Source: a virus. Taken from it: a stretch of DNA of 64,000 bases. Position numbers and translations under genes: made by a program. Shown here piece by piece: positions 63,235-64,000 of this stretch (positions within the stretch are counted from its first letter, which is position 1; the number at the start of each line of letters is the position of its first letter). The notes beneath the pieces were generated by a model. That model worked only from the letters and a program-made list of their open reading frames with translations, searched no databases and had not been told where the DNA came from. Where the stretch lies: positions 4,310 through 68,309 of IMG/VR virus record IMGVR_UViG_3300001473_000094. One strand, written 5' to 3'.

Positions 63235-63695
63235 GTGTCTTTTTTCCGGGCCGCGCTGCGCGCCGCGTGGGCCTCTTGTGCGGCGTCACCGAGGGTCGCG
63301 CGCAGGCGTTGCCTGCGCTTTGCGCGGTCTGCTGTGGCGGCGCGCGCGCTCTCGCGCGCGACCGCCTCGATCTTGATGCGGCCAGTGTGGCCGTCCTTCG
63401 GGGCGTGGGTGTTGACGGCCTTGCCCCGAATGAGGGGGTCCTTGTTAATCGAGACGGCGTTCAGGTGGTAGACGCCGGAAGCGTGGTCACGGGCGAGGTC
63501 GATGTCGGGGTTGAGTTTGATGAAGGTGATGAGGTCGTTGGCCGCACGGAATTGCGAGATGCCGAACTTGCGCATCAAATGGCGGTAGCCAATGAAGCCG
63601 TAGGTTCGGAGGGCCTCGAAGATCCATTCTTGGCGCAGTTCGGCGAAGTAGTGGATGCTGTCTTCGGTGTTCGGCGCGCGCTTTGGCTTGGGCAT
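63213..63695 (-). CDS. Stand-alone BrxR/CapW-like winged-HTH protein lacking a WYL domain
   Basis: RQEWIFEALRTYGFIGYRHLMRKFGISQFRAANDLITFIKLNP...D...GVY. Confidence 0.6.
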   Translation of the reverse strand: MPKPKRAPNTEDSIHYFAELRQEWIFEALRTYGFIGYRHLMRKFGISQFRAANDLITFIKLNPDIDLARDHASGVYHLNAVSINKDPLIRGKAVNTHAPKDGHTGRIKIEAVARESARAATADRAKRRQRLRATLGDAAQEAHAARSAARKKDTKKAGDP

Positions 63696-63805
63696 TGTGT
63701 CATTTGGCCAGTGGTGGAGGTTGGTTGGGCTTGGGGATGATACGCAAAAGGGCCGGCATTGCCAGCCCTTCTGAATTTGGAGCGAATTTGGAGCAGATAT
63801 CGATA

Positions 63806-64000
63806 TCAGTCGAAGGGGTCGTCATGGGTCGGATTGTAGGTTTCGAGGTCTTCGATAAACTGGATCGAACGGTCGATAGAATGGATCACCTCGCCGAGGC
63901 AGATCGTATGCAACTCATTGAGGGGACGGATTTTTTGGACGACTGATCGCAGCGAACGAAGTGAGGTTAGGACGGCTTTGTGGTGGAGGTTGGTGGACAT
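63806..64000 (-). CDS. Hypothetical protein (start at the window edge)
   Basis: The ORF is followed by a hairpin and T tract at ~63746-63770. Confidence 0.45.
   Translation of the reverse strand: MSTNLHHKAVLTSLRSLRSVVQKIRPLNELHTICLGEVIHSIDRSIQFIEDLETYNPTHDDPFD

Larger units (their letters stand above)
430..64000. mobile_element. Temperate podovirus-like prophage integrated at tRNA-Thr; right end lies beyond the window
   Basis: Att fragment, integrase, terminase, portal, capsid, tail tubular/ejection-type proteins and lysis genes are present. No tape measure, sheath or tail-tube gene was recognised. Confidence 0.9.

Overview
The window is almost entirely one temperate podovirus-like prophage in a GC-rich host that is probably alphaproteobacterial (inference). 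At the far left is the 3' end of a large serine recombinase from a neighbouring element, followed by a displaced 3' half of tRNA-Thr(GGT) at 430-474 that marks the prophage's left attachment site. Next come a tyrosine integrase and a LuxR-type regulator, a holin-like and peptidoglycan hydrolase cluster, a resolvase, and a replication/recombination module (primase-polymerase-helicase, AAA_24 ATPase, SSB-like protein, PD-(D/E)XK nuclease). A minus-strand virion module spans 13.5-47.1 kb: terminase, portal, fibres, spanins, GH19 endolysin, scaffold, capsid, tail proteins and ejection proteins including a 3268-aa giant. A plus-strand early region (48-63 kb) holds mostly unknown ORFs plus a CobS/CobT-like pair and a TAXI-like protein. 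The right end of the prophage is outside the window. The standout observation is a 347-aa intein in the terminase large subunit whose HNH endonuclease is encoded in a different, overlapping reading frame. Three families of repeated regulatory motifs and several structured intergenic regions are also visible. All protein calls are by-eye motif recognition; no searches were run.
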